Source: Octopus vulgaris (Eukaryota). From it: 64,000 bases of DNA. The translations under genes and the position numbers were made by a program. How positions within the stretch are numbered: position 1 is the stretch's first letter; each line of letters opens with the position of its first letter. This document shows, in pieces, positions 28,531 to 42,814 of this stretch. Under the pieces are notes generated by a model, which ran no database searches, had not been told where the DNA came from, and saw only the letters and a list, made by a program, of their open reading frames with translations. The stretch is taken from positions 141,174,001 through 141,238,000 of the forward strand of contig OX597818.1 in the NCBI GenBank assembly GCA_951406725.2. Direction: 5' to 3'.

Positions 28531-30955
28531 CTTCGTTCTACAGTGGATATCCTATTCCTTGTCAGCCGTGCATACCTCTGTTAAGGATTTTGAGATGCTC
28601 TGGCTTTTGCAGTGCATAGTCTATTCGTTTCTTGGTATGCTTTCATTTCTGCCGCTGTCTCTCTTTCCTTGGACAGAGATTTTGTTTTGTAGACACATTT
28701 GACACTTTCCTACTACGCATGGTTATATACGTATACAGTTATATACGTGCAGACGATACTAATCAATGAAAATAACTGGGTTAACGGAAATCATATTTCG
28801 TAATACGACGAGCAGAAAGAAAGTAAGAATTTTTTACGGAAAATAAAGAATTGTACTGGCTGAAGCGAAAAATTTGTCAGTGAATCAAAGAGCCAGTATC
28901 GAAGGAACCGGAAAGAAGCTGTAAACACCAGATAAACACAAAGCCGTTTCAAAAGTAAATCAAAATTTTTAGGAAAATTAACTAAGTGTATGGATATAAG
29001 TGAAATTGTTGAAGTTACTTCTGTCAGTTAATTATGAATTTACTTTTATCAGTAATTCCGTCAATAACAAAAAACCCCACAAAACGTTGCAAAAGTATAC
29101 AGGAAATTTGTAGGCAAATTTAACGAAGTGTACGGATTGAAGTGAAATTTATGAAGTATTTTTGTTAGTAAATTATGTATGAAATTACTTTCATTAATTA
29201 TTGGGAATTTATTTCTGTCAGTAATGTGTCGTTGATATTTGTAAATAGCGATTGAAAACTTACAGTGAACGCAATAGTGATTGAACTTAAAGTAAAAACA
29301 ATAGCGTTTGAAAAATGAAAATGAAAAATAGAGAGTGACTGAGATATAAAGTGAGGAGAGAGAGAACTAGCTAGTTAAACAAATAAGATAGATATAGATA
29401 GATAGACAGATAGATAAATAGATAGATAAGATAAAAAACAGATAAATACAAAAAGGTAGATAGATTTATAGATAGAGATGGATAGAGAGTTATGCATAGA
29501 GCGATATAGAGAGATGGAGATAGATAGAGAGAGACGTATGGCAAAATATAGATAGAAAGATAGACGTCACTGCCGCTAGAAACCCAGAAATAAATATTTA
29601 AAAAGACATTCAAAGACGTGAATCTAATATAAAAAAAACAATTTTTTTATCTTTATGAATTAATGGAAGGGAGAAATCAATTTCTGAACGTTACTTCGCA
29701 AAGAGTTACCTCTCTTATGCACATAACCAAGGAATGGGTGTTTTCTGCCTCCAGGGTCCCGTTATTCAGTTTGAACAATTTTAAGAGTCTAAAACCAACC
29801 TTTGAACATAAGTAATATATGTTCCCAGTTTGGAGATTATCAGCTTAAAACTTCGGCCGTTATAATCTTTTACACACATAGACAGAACGGGATTTGCATT
29901 ATATATATATGTTTGTGTGCGTGTGTAATATATATACATGTATATATATACATATAAATATATACATAATATATACATTATGTATGTATATATGTGTATG
30001 TGTGTGTGTGTGACAGAGAGAGAGAATTTTGGGGGCGTTTGAAAATGTAACTGTGCCTTAAAACATGTAGTCGGTTTTAAATTTTCTAACAGCTTTATTA
30101 AAATACCGAACCGGTTTCGGCATTTTTGGTTCATCAATCGTAAATATAAAAATTACTAAAGAAAGAGTTTCGAAGAGTTACAAGGCAGAATTCGGAAAAA
30201 CGTGCGTAAAAGATCAAATGCTCTTACAAATTCCAATGAATTTCTGGAAACTAGACAGTAATAAGAGTTAAAATATTTCTATAACAATCACATAAGATAG
30301 AATGTTCAGTAATATTTCATTTTATTAACGGAACAAGTCCTGAGGATACGAGGAAGAAATTGATTACATCAACCCCATTGTTTCACTGGTACTTAATTTA
30401 TCGACCCCGAAATGGAGGAAATAATGTAGCGTCGCTAAAAATTGACCATGGCTTACTCCATAACGGGTGATGAAGCCGAAGTTTCGCCTGTCAGTATTTA
30501 TAGAATTTACCATAGGAATCAGTGGTTGCTTCTACAAAACCGTAATGTGAAAATCATAAAATAATATAAGGTAGCTAGACGCAATTTAAAGTCAAAAAGA
30601 AATAATTCTCTGTTAATAAAAAATCACCTAGGTTGCAGAGAGCACCGGCATTGCTAGAAATAAGAGTCAGCGGATTCTTAGCGACAGGAAGCACATATTT
30701 TATTTTAACTGAGAGGGGATATAACCTCCCAACCGCAAGCGAGATGCATTAGATTAGCATGCTAATTTCGCATAGAAGAATAATGGTAATTTGACAAGAA
30801 TCAAGGTGGCTAGACGCAATGTAAAATCAAACAGGATATATATATATATATTAATCAATATCGGGGTAGCAAAAAATTCAATAGAAATTTTTTCGCCACC
30901 AGCGGTCTAGTGAGAAAGAAAAAATAGTCAACAGACTATATAATGTACATTCAAC

Positions 30956-31177
30956 AATAATATTAAGGAATAGCCTTAATAGGCCATTCAACTCACTAAA
31001 ACGAGTAGCCAAACTCAAACCGCTAAATAGTAGTAATTCAGAAATCAAAGGAAAATTAAAAGGGTAAATGTTTTTAATTTTCCTTTGATTTCTGAATTAC
31101 TACTATTTAGCGGTTTGAGTTTGGCTACTCGTTTTAGTGAGTTGAATGGCCTATTAAGGCCATTCCTTAATATTATT
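30956..31177. repeat. Long near-perfect inverted repeat (106-bp arms, 10-nt spacer)
   Basis: 30956-31061 is the reverse complement of 31072-31177, with one mismatch seen. The spacer is GGGTAAATGT. Confidence 0.92.
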
Positions 31178-31190
31178 ATTATTATTATTA

Positions 31191-31260
<70 letters not shown>

Positions 31261-31299
31261 AGAGACAGAGACAGACAAGAAAGGGAGAGTTTTAATTCC

Positions 31300-34200
31300 T
31301 TTAAGCATATTTTTAGACAATCTTTCCAGAACCGTTTGAACGAGATATGAAGACACTGCAAGTAAGTGGAGCCAAATCTCGTCAACCAAAATCAAACCTA
31401 ATGCATTTCGATAATTAATGTGATTTATAAAAATCGACAGAAAACTTTGATACAAACAAAAAATATACAATCTGAAATGATATATTTACTGATCGAAATT
31501 GAAGTTACACCACCCGGAAACTAATACATAGCATACATGTATTCACTGAAAAGCAAAAACCAATCAGAATTTGAAAGACTGTTGGCGGTAATCTATAATG
31601 TATCTAGACTCTGTATCTTAGACAGCTTAGACAATTATATATATATATATAACATACATTAATTGAAGGAAATTTATAACGAGTTGACTAATCCATAAGG
31701 GAAACAAATGTATAGTCATAGGTTTTTAAATATGAAATTGGTAAAAGTTATTGAATGTCTGAGTTTATAAAGTCTTGGTATAGGTCTTGTTTGTATAATA
31801 CTTATGATAGCGTTTTTGATGGGAGGAAGAGGGAAGTGATACGGAAGGGGAATGTGGGCGTGGAAAGAAGTATGCCGAGAAGAGAAAAGAAGTGGTAGAG
31901 AAAAAGAAAAGGAAAATATGAAAAAGAAGAAATTGTATCACATAACCCAATTTTTTTACAGACACTAGAATGAATATGAATATCCCAAAGATGCATTTCT
32001 TTGTCTTTATCTCTTTCTTTTTCTGTAGTAATACAATGACATTTTGTAATTTATCAAGAAAATATTAATATAAACGGCTAGACAATACTAACTCTATTGG
32101 CTTTAACAGCCTGTTGAATATCCTACTGTAAATGACCAATTAACATACATCAAATAGATATTCTCAGACTACTTTGACAAGTATATTCTTCCTTTTGCAA
32201 ACCTCCAGTTTGAACCTGTCAATGCCACTTTTGTTTAGCTGATTCCACCAAATTAACACTATCCTAGGTATTAGAATATGTAATTTAGTTATTTGATAGA
32301 ATAGAAGACCCTAAACTAAAACCGCCCAAGAAACCATATTTATATATAACAGTATATATATTCTGCCCCGAAACTGCCGGCCTTCTGCTAAATTTTGAAA
32401 CCAGCATATAAGGTGGCGAGCTGGCAGAAACGTTAGCACGCTCGGCTAAATGCTTTGCGGTATTTCGTCTGCCGTTACGTTCTGAGTTCAAATTCCGCCG
32501 AGGTCGACTTTGCCTTTCATCCTTTCGGGGTCGATTAAATAAGTACCAGTTACGCAATGGGGTCGATATAATCGACTTAATCCGTTTGTCTGTCCTTGTT
32601 TGTCCTCTCTGTGTTTAGCCCCTTTTGTGGGTAGTAAAGAAATAGGTATTTCGCCCGTCTTAACGTTCTGAGGTTGACTTTGCCTTTCGTTCTTTCAAGG
32701 TCGATACAGCAAGTATCAGTTGAGCACTGATGACGATGAAGTCGACAGGTGCTCTCCACTGAAACTGCTGGCATTGTGCTTAAATTTGAAAGCAATATAT
32801 ACATCAACAGGTTGTAACCTGAGATGGGATTGTCTCAGATGTGATCAAGAAGCATAGATACATTCCAGGCATTTCGCTGATATCTTAAAAAGGGTAAGCG
32901 AGTGTGTATCGAAACCTTATTTGACTTATATATTTAGTTATACTGCAAAGGATTAAGGCAAAACGTAAATGGTTGGTTCCGTTTATTTTGGATTGAACTG
33001 GTTATAAAAATAGCAAAAACAACAATAACAGACCATGTAAACGTGCTTCTATATAATTCCCATCTATAACTTCTAGGTTAGTGTCTTTCGGATACTTTTC
33101 GTTTTTTCTAATTCATTTTGCAGTAAACGAGAAATAAAGACATTAAGAGGTAGCGGCGCTGAACCTCTTCTATCAACAACAAAAATAATACGGTTAGATG
33201 TTTAATATGATTTTTTAAAATCGGCCCAAACTTTTTAAAATTTGTGGAAATAGTAAAACGAATTAGCCTACTGAACCACGTTGAAATTACATCATCCGGA
33301 AACTGACGCATAATAAACTTATGGGCTCTGAAAAAATAAATAGAATCTGAAAGTGAAGTCGGTTGGTGGTAATCTATAATGTATCTACATTTTGTGTCTA
33401 GGCAGCTTAAGAGAAATGGAAAATATAAAAAATAAAACGAAACTTAGTGCATGTGAAGAAATAATGTAACATGTTCTTTAATCCATGCATGGAAGGCACA
33501 AATGTATTAATTTATTTTATAGAAAACTAGTATGGGATATTCATGGCAGAGTGTTTGATAGGTAGAAGCTTACAAGGGATAAGGAGGGGGAGAACAGAGT
33601 GGAGTGCAGTGGCAGGAGATGGAATGGAGTGTTGTTAGTGCAGAAGGATGAAAATATAATCAGACAGAAGAAAAAAAATCCTAAATAATTTCGACGAGTC
33701 TTTTAAGTTTCCAGATATCCCAATGGTCAGATTATGTGAAAAGCGAGAACTGGACAACCCTAATCTAAAACCATCCAAGATAATTGTGGCAAGCATCAAG
33801 CACTGCTGGACATAATCTTAGCGAAGGCCGATTAATGTGCAATGCGAAAGCAAAACCAGTTAGTTTATAGTTACAAATCTTACTGGATGTGGCTTGAGGA
33901 AATTTGTTACAATTAAGACGAACATGCGAGCGCATAACCACTCCTACGTTGTTCAGCATCGTATATCTTCAACGTACACAGTTTTAAGAGAATGGTCCCA
34001 GTTTACTCAGCACATATGGCGCTACAATGTTAGCCATTTAAACGTGCTTATATTTAATTAAATCAATAACCGCTATGTTAACGTTTACGTTACATTTTTT
34101 ACCACTCTTCTCATTTGATTTGCTGTCAACGAGATATAAAAATATTGAAAGGAGTGCCAAAATTCTTTAAGTAACAACGTGATACACAAAAATTGGCTCA

Positions 34201-35250
34201 AAGTAAAACATACATACTTACATACATATATACATACATATGTGGAAACATTAAAAAAAAATTTAGCCAGTTGAACAAAGTTGAAATTACATCATCGTAA
34301 ACTTAATACGTAATGTGTATATGTGTGCTGAAAAAAATAAATAGAATAAGAGCTGTCGGTTGGTGGTAATCTATAATGTAGCTACATTTATGTCTAGACA
34401 GCTTAGGAGAAATGGAAAATATTAAAAAATAAAGAATGAAACTTACAGCAACGGAAGAAAGAACATAACACGTTTTACAATCCTACATGGAAAAACACAA
34501 ATGTATTATTTTTTATGGAAAACTAGCATAATATTGAATTTCAGAATTGGATGTGATACTTATGTCAGAGGGTAAAAACGAGTAGAAGAAACTTATTTCA
34601 TTGGGATAGTTGGTTTTTTTTCATCCTTATCCTGTTGAGAATAGTTGAGACTCAACGCCCACCTTTCTAAAACTACCCAAGGCAGTTTTGATGAATACTC
34701 AGCAATGTGGACGTAACCTTCGCTTAATCAATGTTGGACTGGGTGTAAATAACATATACAACAACAACAACCAAATTATTAATTATACGGGCTTATATAT
34801 TTAATTCATGACAATAACTTCTAACACATCTTTTTTTTTTGACATTTTTACTCTCTCTTTTCTAATCTGTCTTTTAATGTGAGATATGAAGACATTGCAA
34901 ATAAATGGTGCCAAAATTCTGCAACTAAAACCCAAAATAATACTGTTCAATGCTTAATATGATTTTTTGTAAAAAATCGATAGAAAGTTAATAAAAGAAT
35001 ATAGACCCAAATATTGAAAAAAAAGTTAAACCGAATGAACAAAGTTAAGATTACATCATGTGGAAACTAATATAATAACATACGCCCAGAAAAGAAAATT
35101 GAATCCGAAAGCTAAAACTGTTGAGTTGATCTATAATGTTAATACAAGTTAGGTCTGGAAAACTCGGGAAAATGCAAATTATAAAAATTTCAATGGAACT
35201 TATAGCCATTATCTATAATCCATACATGATAAACACGAAAGTATTATTTA
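31300..35250 (+). repeat. Cluster of four diverged copies of a ~400-bp AT-rich repeat
   Basis: GAAATTACATCATC...GTTGG(T/C)GGTAATCTATAATGTA...GTCTAGACAGCTTAG recurs at about 31500-31630, 33280-33410, 34280-34410 and, more diverged, 35045-35170. Confidence 0.7.
32412..32790 (+). mobile_element. tRNA-derived SINE, well-preserved tailed copy plus a second partial body
   Basis: GGCGAGCTGGCAGAAACGTTAGCAC head, B box GAGTTCAAATTCC, core GCCTTTCATCCTTTCGGGGTCGAT (Deu/Nin-domain-like), and tail ending GTAAAGAAATAG. Confidence 0.85.
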
Positions 35251-36002
35251 GACAAAATCGTTACAGCGTCCGACAAAATGATTCGTGTTAACGGTTCCAG
35301 ATCTTTAAGACCGGAATTCAGATCAACTTTACTAAACCTGATCTTACATCCTTTCAGATTCAATAAAACAAAATACCAGTAAGGTTTTAGAGTAGATCGA
35401 ATCGGGAGATTTGTAGAATTTAATCTATATAAAAAACAATAGTTTCGAATGGTGCATTAGATCGCTGCAAGAGAATGATTTGAAGTATGTTTCCAGATTC
35501 CTTATATTCTGATTTTAAATCCAGTTGATGTTATTTCGCCTTTCATCCGTCCGATCTGTATAAATTAAATTACCAGTTAAGTACTGTGATCGATATTATG
35601 GACCCACCTTGTTTCAAAAAACATCTGAGATTTCTGACCATATGATCAAATTAGAAAAAATTATATTACGGAACTTTGGTAAATTAATTTTTAAAAGATT
35701 TGTCCAAGTTTGATGTAATGACGTATTGGTATGGCACATAGTATCTGTCATAGAGAAACGATGTCGTAAGAAATAAGACAAGAGGAGGAAGGGAGATACA
35801 GGGTATGGAAGGGGAAACATTTAGTATGGTAGGTAAAAAAGGAAAAAAATGATGTATAAGTGTAAAGCATAAAAATGTCTAAGGTTGACCATGATGCTGA
35901 CGTGGAATAATATATGTAGGCGAAGAAGAAGAATGAATTAAGGTACTAATGATGTATTCAATAGAGAAGAAAACAGACGTAGGAGAAATAATTCCGTTAA
36001 TA

Positions 36003-36031
36003 TGATGATGAGGACGACGGCAACAAGGAAA

Positions 36032-36067
<36 letters not shown>

Positions 36068-36289
36068 GTATTGGTGGTGGTAGTGGTGGGTTAGTGTTGG
36101 TGGTAGGGATGCGGCTGCTGCTTGTGATACTGGTGGTGATGCTGGTGTTCGTAGTGGTGTTGGTGGTGGTGATCATGATCATGATCATATTCATGATGAT
36201 CATGATACAGACGTCGACAACGATGATGATGTTGATAATGATGATGACGATGATGACGATGAGGATGACGACGACGACGAAGATGAGGG

Positions 36290-36321
<32 letters not shown>

Positions 36322-36639
36322 CTAGTGGTGGTTGTGGTGATTGTGGTGGGGGTGAGGGTGGTAATAAGAAACAATCAAAGTAAGCTAAATAGGTTTGATA
36401 TTTAGAAAGGACGTTTCATAAAGGACCAGATTCAAAGATTGATTAACAGGGGTTGCAGGGTTGTAGTGAGTTCGAAATTGATAGGCTTGAAAATTAAATT
36501 AAAAAATAAAAAAAAAAAGAAGAGAAAAGAAATGTGTGACAGGGCGGGTATGTTGGTTTTTGATTAAAGATTAATTTTGAATGCGGAAACATGAGTGCGA
36601 TTTGCAGGAGATATCATCATCATCATCATCATCATCATC

Positions 36640-36700
<61 letters not shown>

Positions 36701-36740
36701 CCACCACAACCACAACCACTACCACCACCACCACCGCCAC

Positions 36741-36772
<32 letters not shown>

Positions 36773-36883
36773 ACACCGTCACCACCACCACCACCACCAC
36801 CACCACTGCCACCACCATTGATAATAATAATAATAATAATAATAATGATAATAATAACAAAAATAATAATAATGATAATGATG

Positions 36884-36914
<31 letters not shown>

Positions 36915-36937
36915 TAATAATAATAATTATAATGATG

Positions 36938-36987
<50 letters not shown>

Positions 36988-37069
36988 AATAATAATAATA
37001 ACAAAAATAATAATAATAACAAAAATAATAATAATGATAATGATGATAATAATAATAATAGTAATAAAA

Positions 37070-37106
<37 letters not shown>

Positions 37107-37131
37107 TAATAATAAATATAATAATAATAAT
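36003..37131. repeat. Large compound trinucleotide repeats (GAT/GGT, then CAT/CAC, then AAT)
   Basis: Direct reading; source of the poly-H/S/N/I ORFs. Confidence 0.95.
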
Positions 37132-37648
37132 ATGGAGCGTTGGTGTGTTTGTATTGCAATATAACGTGCACCGGTATTCATGTCAGGGTATCAAACAGAA
37201 GAGTGGAGAATGAACGAGAAAATCTTTGTTGAAATAATGCGAAAGCTATAAAGACACGCGGGTAAGTCTGTCACGGAAACCTATACAGACACGCTTTCAA
37301 ACGAAAGGGGAAAAATAGGAGCGAAGAAGGGATAAAAGAAATATAAAAGGAGAGTTATTTGTTATCAAAACGTTGATAATTGTAAGTGTGTAGACATTGA
37401 AGGGATTTTTAACATTGTTTAGTTTACTTCTCCACCCCTTTTATTCATATTTCGGTCGGTGACTGTTATATGTGGTGGTGGTGGTGGTGGAGATTAATAA
37501 AAGGCCATAAGTTCACTTAGTACTCATAAAGTAATTAAAAAAAATATGCATCATTCAAATATGCATGTATACTTACTGCCGTGCGCGTTTTGTGTGTGTG
37601 TATATATATATAAATATATATATACATATATATATATATGTATATATA

Positions 37649-37697
<49 letters not shown>

Positions 37698-37760
37698 GTA
37701 TACAAACACACATATATATATATGAGCATATGTATATATATATTTATGTATATATATATT

Positions 37761-37802
<42 letters not shown>

Positions 37803-37919
37803 CATAGAGAGAGAGAGACAGAGGGAGAGATAGAGAGAGAGAGAGCATGTATGTATCTATAGTATTAACGTGTAGGGATGTGCATATATATATATGTGTG
37901 TGTGTGTGTTTGTGTGTGT

Positions 37920-37969
<50 letters not shown>

Positions 37970-38456
37970 ATCTGTATGTGTGTGTGCGCGTGCGTGTATG
38001 TGATTTTGTGTAAGGATGAAAGCTGGTGCTTATGTATAAATTTCATGTTTTCCGCAGTATTTCTGTAAGTGTGCATGTGTACATATGTATCTATGTGTGT
38101 ATGTATTTATGTATGTGTGAGTGTGTGTTTACAATGAAATAACTGAAAACCGACACAAAAAGAAAGAAAGAAAGAAAGAAAACAGCAAGGTAGAGTTGTT
38201 TAATGATGTGGCTAAGGTTAAAAACACAACCAGCCGCCTCTTTTGATGATAAACTGGAATATATCCAAGTTCAAAATACTGTAACACAGGCGCGTCTATA
38301 CGGTGATGCTGTATTGCAGAGAAAGAACTCTATTTATTGAACGTATTGTAGTTTCATTGTTGGCAATCAATTTGAACATCAATCAGAAACTTTGATATAA
38401 TCCGTATTGATTTCTTTTTATTCATTTTCTTTATTGATATATTCATTTATTTATTG

Positions 38457-38615
<159 letters not shown>

Positions 38616-39036
38616 TGTATATGTACTTGTGTGTGTCTGTGTGTCTGTGAGTATGGTAGGTGATATATTTGTTTAGGAATGTATGAATGATTGAAAGTGC
38701 GCAGATTCCGTTGAATATAGTGTGTGGGCGCTTAGAGGGTGAAGCAGGCGGCAGGGGAAGATCTCGATCAATTATTTCTAAATAGTCTATGTGATTATCA
38801 CAAGGGAATGGTCGCAGGTGATACGTATGAAATGTTTTATGGTTGCAAACCTCTGTTTGTGGAATCTAGGCAATAGGCTCGATTTCCGCTTGAGACATTT
38901 CTTTATAGTTAGCAAGTAAATAGTCGCATAGAACTACAAGCAAACAAAAAAAAGCAGTTGTTGGCGTTGATCTGATTAACTAAATCTCTGGCAGAAATAC
39001 ACGTCTCCCTTTGGGAACGTAAGACGTTTCTGGGTA

Positions 39037-39411
39037 GGAGCACTCCGTCGGTTACGACGATGAGGGTCCCAGCTGATAGGATCAACGGAACAGCTTGCTC
39101 GTGGAATTAACGTGCAAGTGGTTGAGCATTCCACAGACACGTGTACCCTTAACGTAGTTCTCGAGGAGATTCAGCGTGACACAGAGTGTGACAAGGCCGG
39201 CCCTTTGAAATACAGGTACAACAGAAACAGGAAGTAAGAGTGAGAGAAAGTTGTGGTGAAAGAGTACAGCAGGGATCACCACCATCCCCTGCCGGAGCCT
39301 CGTGGAGCTTTTAGGTGTTTTCGCTCAATAAACACTCACAATGCCCGGTCTGGGAATCGAAACCGCGATCCTACGAACGCGAGTCCGCTGCCCTAACCAT
39401 TGCGCCTCCAC
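39037..39411 (-). mobile_element. tRNA-derived SINE (OR-type head, tail variant B) with 13-bp TSD
   Basis: TSD ACGTTTCTGGGTA at 39024-39036 and 39412-39424. Highly similar to 53378-53749. Confidence 0.88.
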
Positions 39412-40229
39412 ACGTTTCTGGGTACTTATTAGTCCACCGGAATTTTGAACTAATTACAACCAACAAATCGTAGTTCATGTGCGTAGAAAAAAGATGGATA
39501 GGCGTTTGTCGTTCCCTAACCTTATCCAAACTTTATGGATTTGAGCTTTTGTAAGAAATCAATTTTATTTAATTCAACGTTGCAGTTTTCATTAAATGGC
39601 TTCTCTGGCTCTTTCTCACCGGTAACTCAATCCTAAGCACAGCTACAGAGTAGCACGTCTGCATATCATATAAATTGATCGTCTTGCAAAGAAGGAGTAT
39701 TTGTTTACAGTGCTGAAGAAAAGATGATATTAATGATGGGTATTATTTTAGATCCGATGATATGGCTAAAATATCGATCTAGTGCTGAGGGCAGCTACCA
39801 GTGGTTTTAGAACCACAACCTCCAATCCAACCATAGTGTGCACTATCATACTTTAGTTGGTTGTCTGGTCACACAATATCCAATTTCCTCTAGCCTGTGT
39901 TCCTTTATCATTTTGGTGTTAAATCACTACTTTATTTGGTCCCATACTTCTCTCTTTCCCTAGAAGTCTCTCAGATGTTTTGATATTGTTAGTGGTACAG
40001 TAACGTTGTCAACAACAGACTAAGGCATTCAGGGAATGTTTTAGAAATGGTGTTCTAATAGGTAATATATTTTAGCCTTACTGATTTCACTGTCGTTGAG
40101 AATGAAAACAAAAATAGCAATTGAGATCCATGTCTTGTATATTATAGTTTACTGAGAAGTTTGTGTCCATGATCCTTTTACATAGGCTCCAAGACTGAAA
40201 GAAAAAGGGAGGAATATATCCGTAAATCG

Positions 40230-41330
40230 ATAGAACGCTCTGTCAATTTTCCATCGTCCGTGATGTTTATCCGAAAGTCGAGCAAGGAGACCTCTTTTCC
40301 ACTATAAATCGGCTCTCCCTATCAATGCCAAGATGAACTAAAGATGCAGTGACAACAACAGCCGGGATGCACATGTTATTCAGTTCCTAAAGATACTTGG
40401 GGCTAACGTATATATCCTACATCCCTTTCTAACTCCATACAGAAATGCAGGCCAGCTAAATGTCGCAAGAGGGATCTCTCTGAATCCTCTTTTCTGAAGC
40501 TTCCCTACTTCAATGAGAAGAACGTCTGCGCCATCTACAAGGCAATCTGCAGGGAAGGACTCAACATTCGATTGGCTCGTTCAGGAACGTCCCTACGCAA
40601 GTATCTATCAATGTTCAGTACAACAACCCTGTACCCAACGAACTGCCCATTCATGACCATAACATATGATTACGTACGTGCGTCGTATACCAAATACGAT
40701 GGTCCTAATGCAGCAACCACAACATTGGTAGCACAACACGACCACTCCACGTCCGAATTAAGGAGCATCTCACCACCAACGCGTTCTCCTTCTGCAAGCA
40801 CCGGAGCAGAAGTGGCAACACCACCGAGGAGATAGACGCCTGGATACTAGCCTCTGGGAATAACACCGGCAATTTACTTCTAAAAGAGGCTCTGCTGATC
40901 CACCGTTTCAACCCAAAAATTAACAGTCGACTAGAGTTAAGTCAGTGGTTCTTATGACAGCATCCAACAGATGTTCAATGCCTTGCAACTGCAGTCTACA
41001 TTTGTTTACACCAACTCTCGGACAGGCGGCAACACTTAAAAGGCGACTGCCACTATTACTACTGATGTAACGCCGTCACACTACAAATGGTGAGTAGTTT
41101 ATAGCAACAGCTGCGAGACGTCGATTGCACCTACATTTGGAGAGCGACTGCTGCTGTTACTTAAACGCTCGGGAATTTGAATGGATTAACGGATCCTACA
41201 TAACTGAACTGTTCGTTGACTGTACTTTCTATCTGAAGATGGGCCTTTGCGCCTGAAATATAAATGTTTTATTAAACATTCAGCATTCTCAGAAGCTGTC
41301 TATTTTCCCTCTTTTTACATTCTTCGATAT
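40230..41330 (+). pseudogene. Penelope-like element 3' part: RT thumb, linker, GIY-YIG endonuclease and 3' UTR
   Basis: Broken translation FHYKSALPINAK...FLKLPYFNEKN...IRLARSGTSLRKYL...VVYQIRWS*CSNHNIGSTTRPLHVRIKEH...LLLKEALLIHRFNPKINSRLEL (stop at about 40956). A degenerate hammerhead-like CTGAAGA...GAAA lies at about 41233-41258. Confidence 0.8.
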
Positions 41331-41359
41331 TACAATGCTTCAATCCAACTGCAGCGCTG

Positions 41360-41442
<83 letters not shown>

Positions 41443-41874
41443 TACATATATTCGGTTTAAGTAATTGAGATTCAAGTGAATTCTAATGAATTCACATGAA
41501 TATGGACCTTAACTAGGATGCACCGGAAATCTATATGGTGTTAACCATACGACAAATGGGGTGATTACAAATAGGAAAAAGCAACAAAAATGCATTAAAA
41601 TCTCGGTACAATTGTTTCGTCCGAGGACATCTTTAATAAGCTACAAAAAATGCAGTAAATATAGATGGCTCGTACTCGTCAGCCGAAAAAACATCAGAGA
41701 TTCCCAAACATCAAAAGGGGGAGATACAAATGAGGGTGTAAGTTTAACTGCATTGAAGAAAGTTCGATTCCTGGAGATCCGATGAAAGGTCTTGAACTTA
41801 CAGAATTTGTGCACGTCCATATATAGCTCATAGTGAATTGTTAATCAAGTTTTGTGAAGAAATTTTGGATACAA

Positions 41875-41916
<42 letters not shown>

Positions 41917-42257
41917 GTATGATTGTATGTAAATCTCTCTCTCTATATATATATATATCTATATATATATATATATAGTTATGTATATATATTGTTCGAT
42001 TATTTTACTGTCTTTTAGTTCCCTCAAACTTTCTTCCTCTTTTCTTTTTCTCGCTCCTCCTCTCTCAGGTTTGTTGGCCCTCTCTTTCTTTAACTCCCAC
42101 TTTCCTCCTCATTTGTCTCCCCTTTAACTTTCCCTTTGTCTCTGATTTTTTTTCTAATCCTTTAGTCCCGTTGCCCCTGTTCTCCATGTTCTCAGTTTTC
42201 ACAAAGACGAGAGTGAAACAACAAACATATTATTTTAACGCTCGGGAAGTGAGAATG

Positions 42258-42296
42258 CCTTTTTACGTTTCGAGCCTACGCTCTTCAACAGAAAGG
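42258..42296 (-). ncRNA. Minimal hammerhead-like motif (A6U core) in a short dispersed repeat
   Basis: CCTTT-CTGTTGA-A-GAGC-GTAG-GCTC-GAAA-CG-TA-AAAAGG. Other copies lie at 42673-42705 (-), 46683-46720 (+) and 62067-62104 (-). Confidence 0.5.
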
Positions 42297-42814
42297 AACA
42301 CAGAAATAGAGAAAAGACAAAAGGAAAAATCAGAAATTTCAAACATCTTTAGAAATGTTCAAACGGTTCAAACGTCGTGGTGTATTGGAGCGATTTCTCA
42401 TTAAAGGAAAAGTTCAGTTTAATCCATAGGTAGGAGTGTAGGTTAAACTGAAGTGTAGGAGTCCAGGTGTAGGAGAGTAGAAGAAAGTCCACGTAGTGAA
42501 GCCAGATAGAATAATCCAAGAAAATTTCGAAGTAGAGATGGAGACATGATAAAACTGGTGCGACCACGTGAGCGTGTGATATATAGTGAGAATTACAAAT
42601 GAAAAAAAAAGACGTCGACGGGTGTGTAGACAACAAGCAGATGCATTAGTTTAACGCTCGAGAAGTGAGAAAGTCTTTTACGTTTCGAGCCTACGCTCTT
42701 CGACATATATATATATAAAGAGAGAGAGAGATATAGTTAAATAGATAGATAGGTAGACACATAGATAGATAGATAAATAGATAGATAGATATATAAATAG
42801 ATAAATAGATAGAT

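Noticed and set aside
30107-30140. Minus-strand hammerhead-like TTGATGA...GAAACCGGTT
   Set aside because: Helix II does not pair and U3-G8 is not a Watson-Crick pair; at best a decayed remnant.
30996-31030. GAGT-AGCCAA-ACTC stem inside the long palindrome as a hammerhead
   Set aside because: The flanking bases (CTAAAAC and AAAC) do not match the catalytic core.
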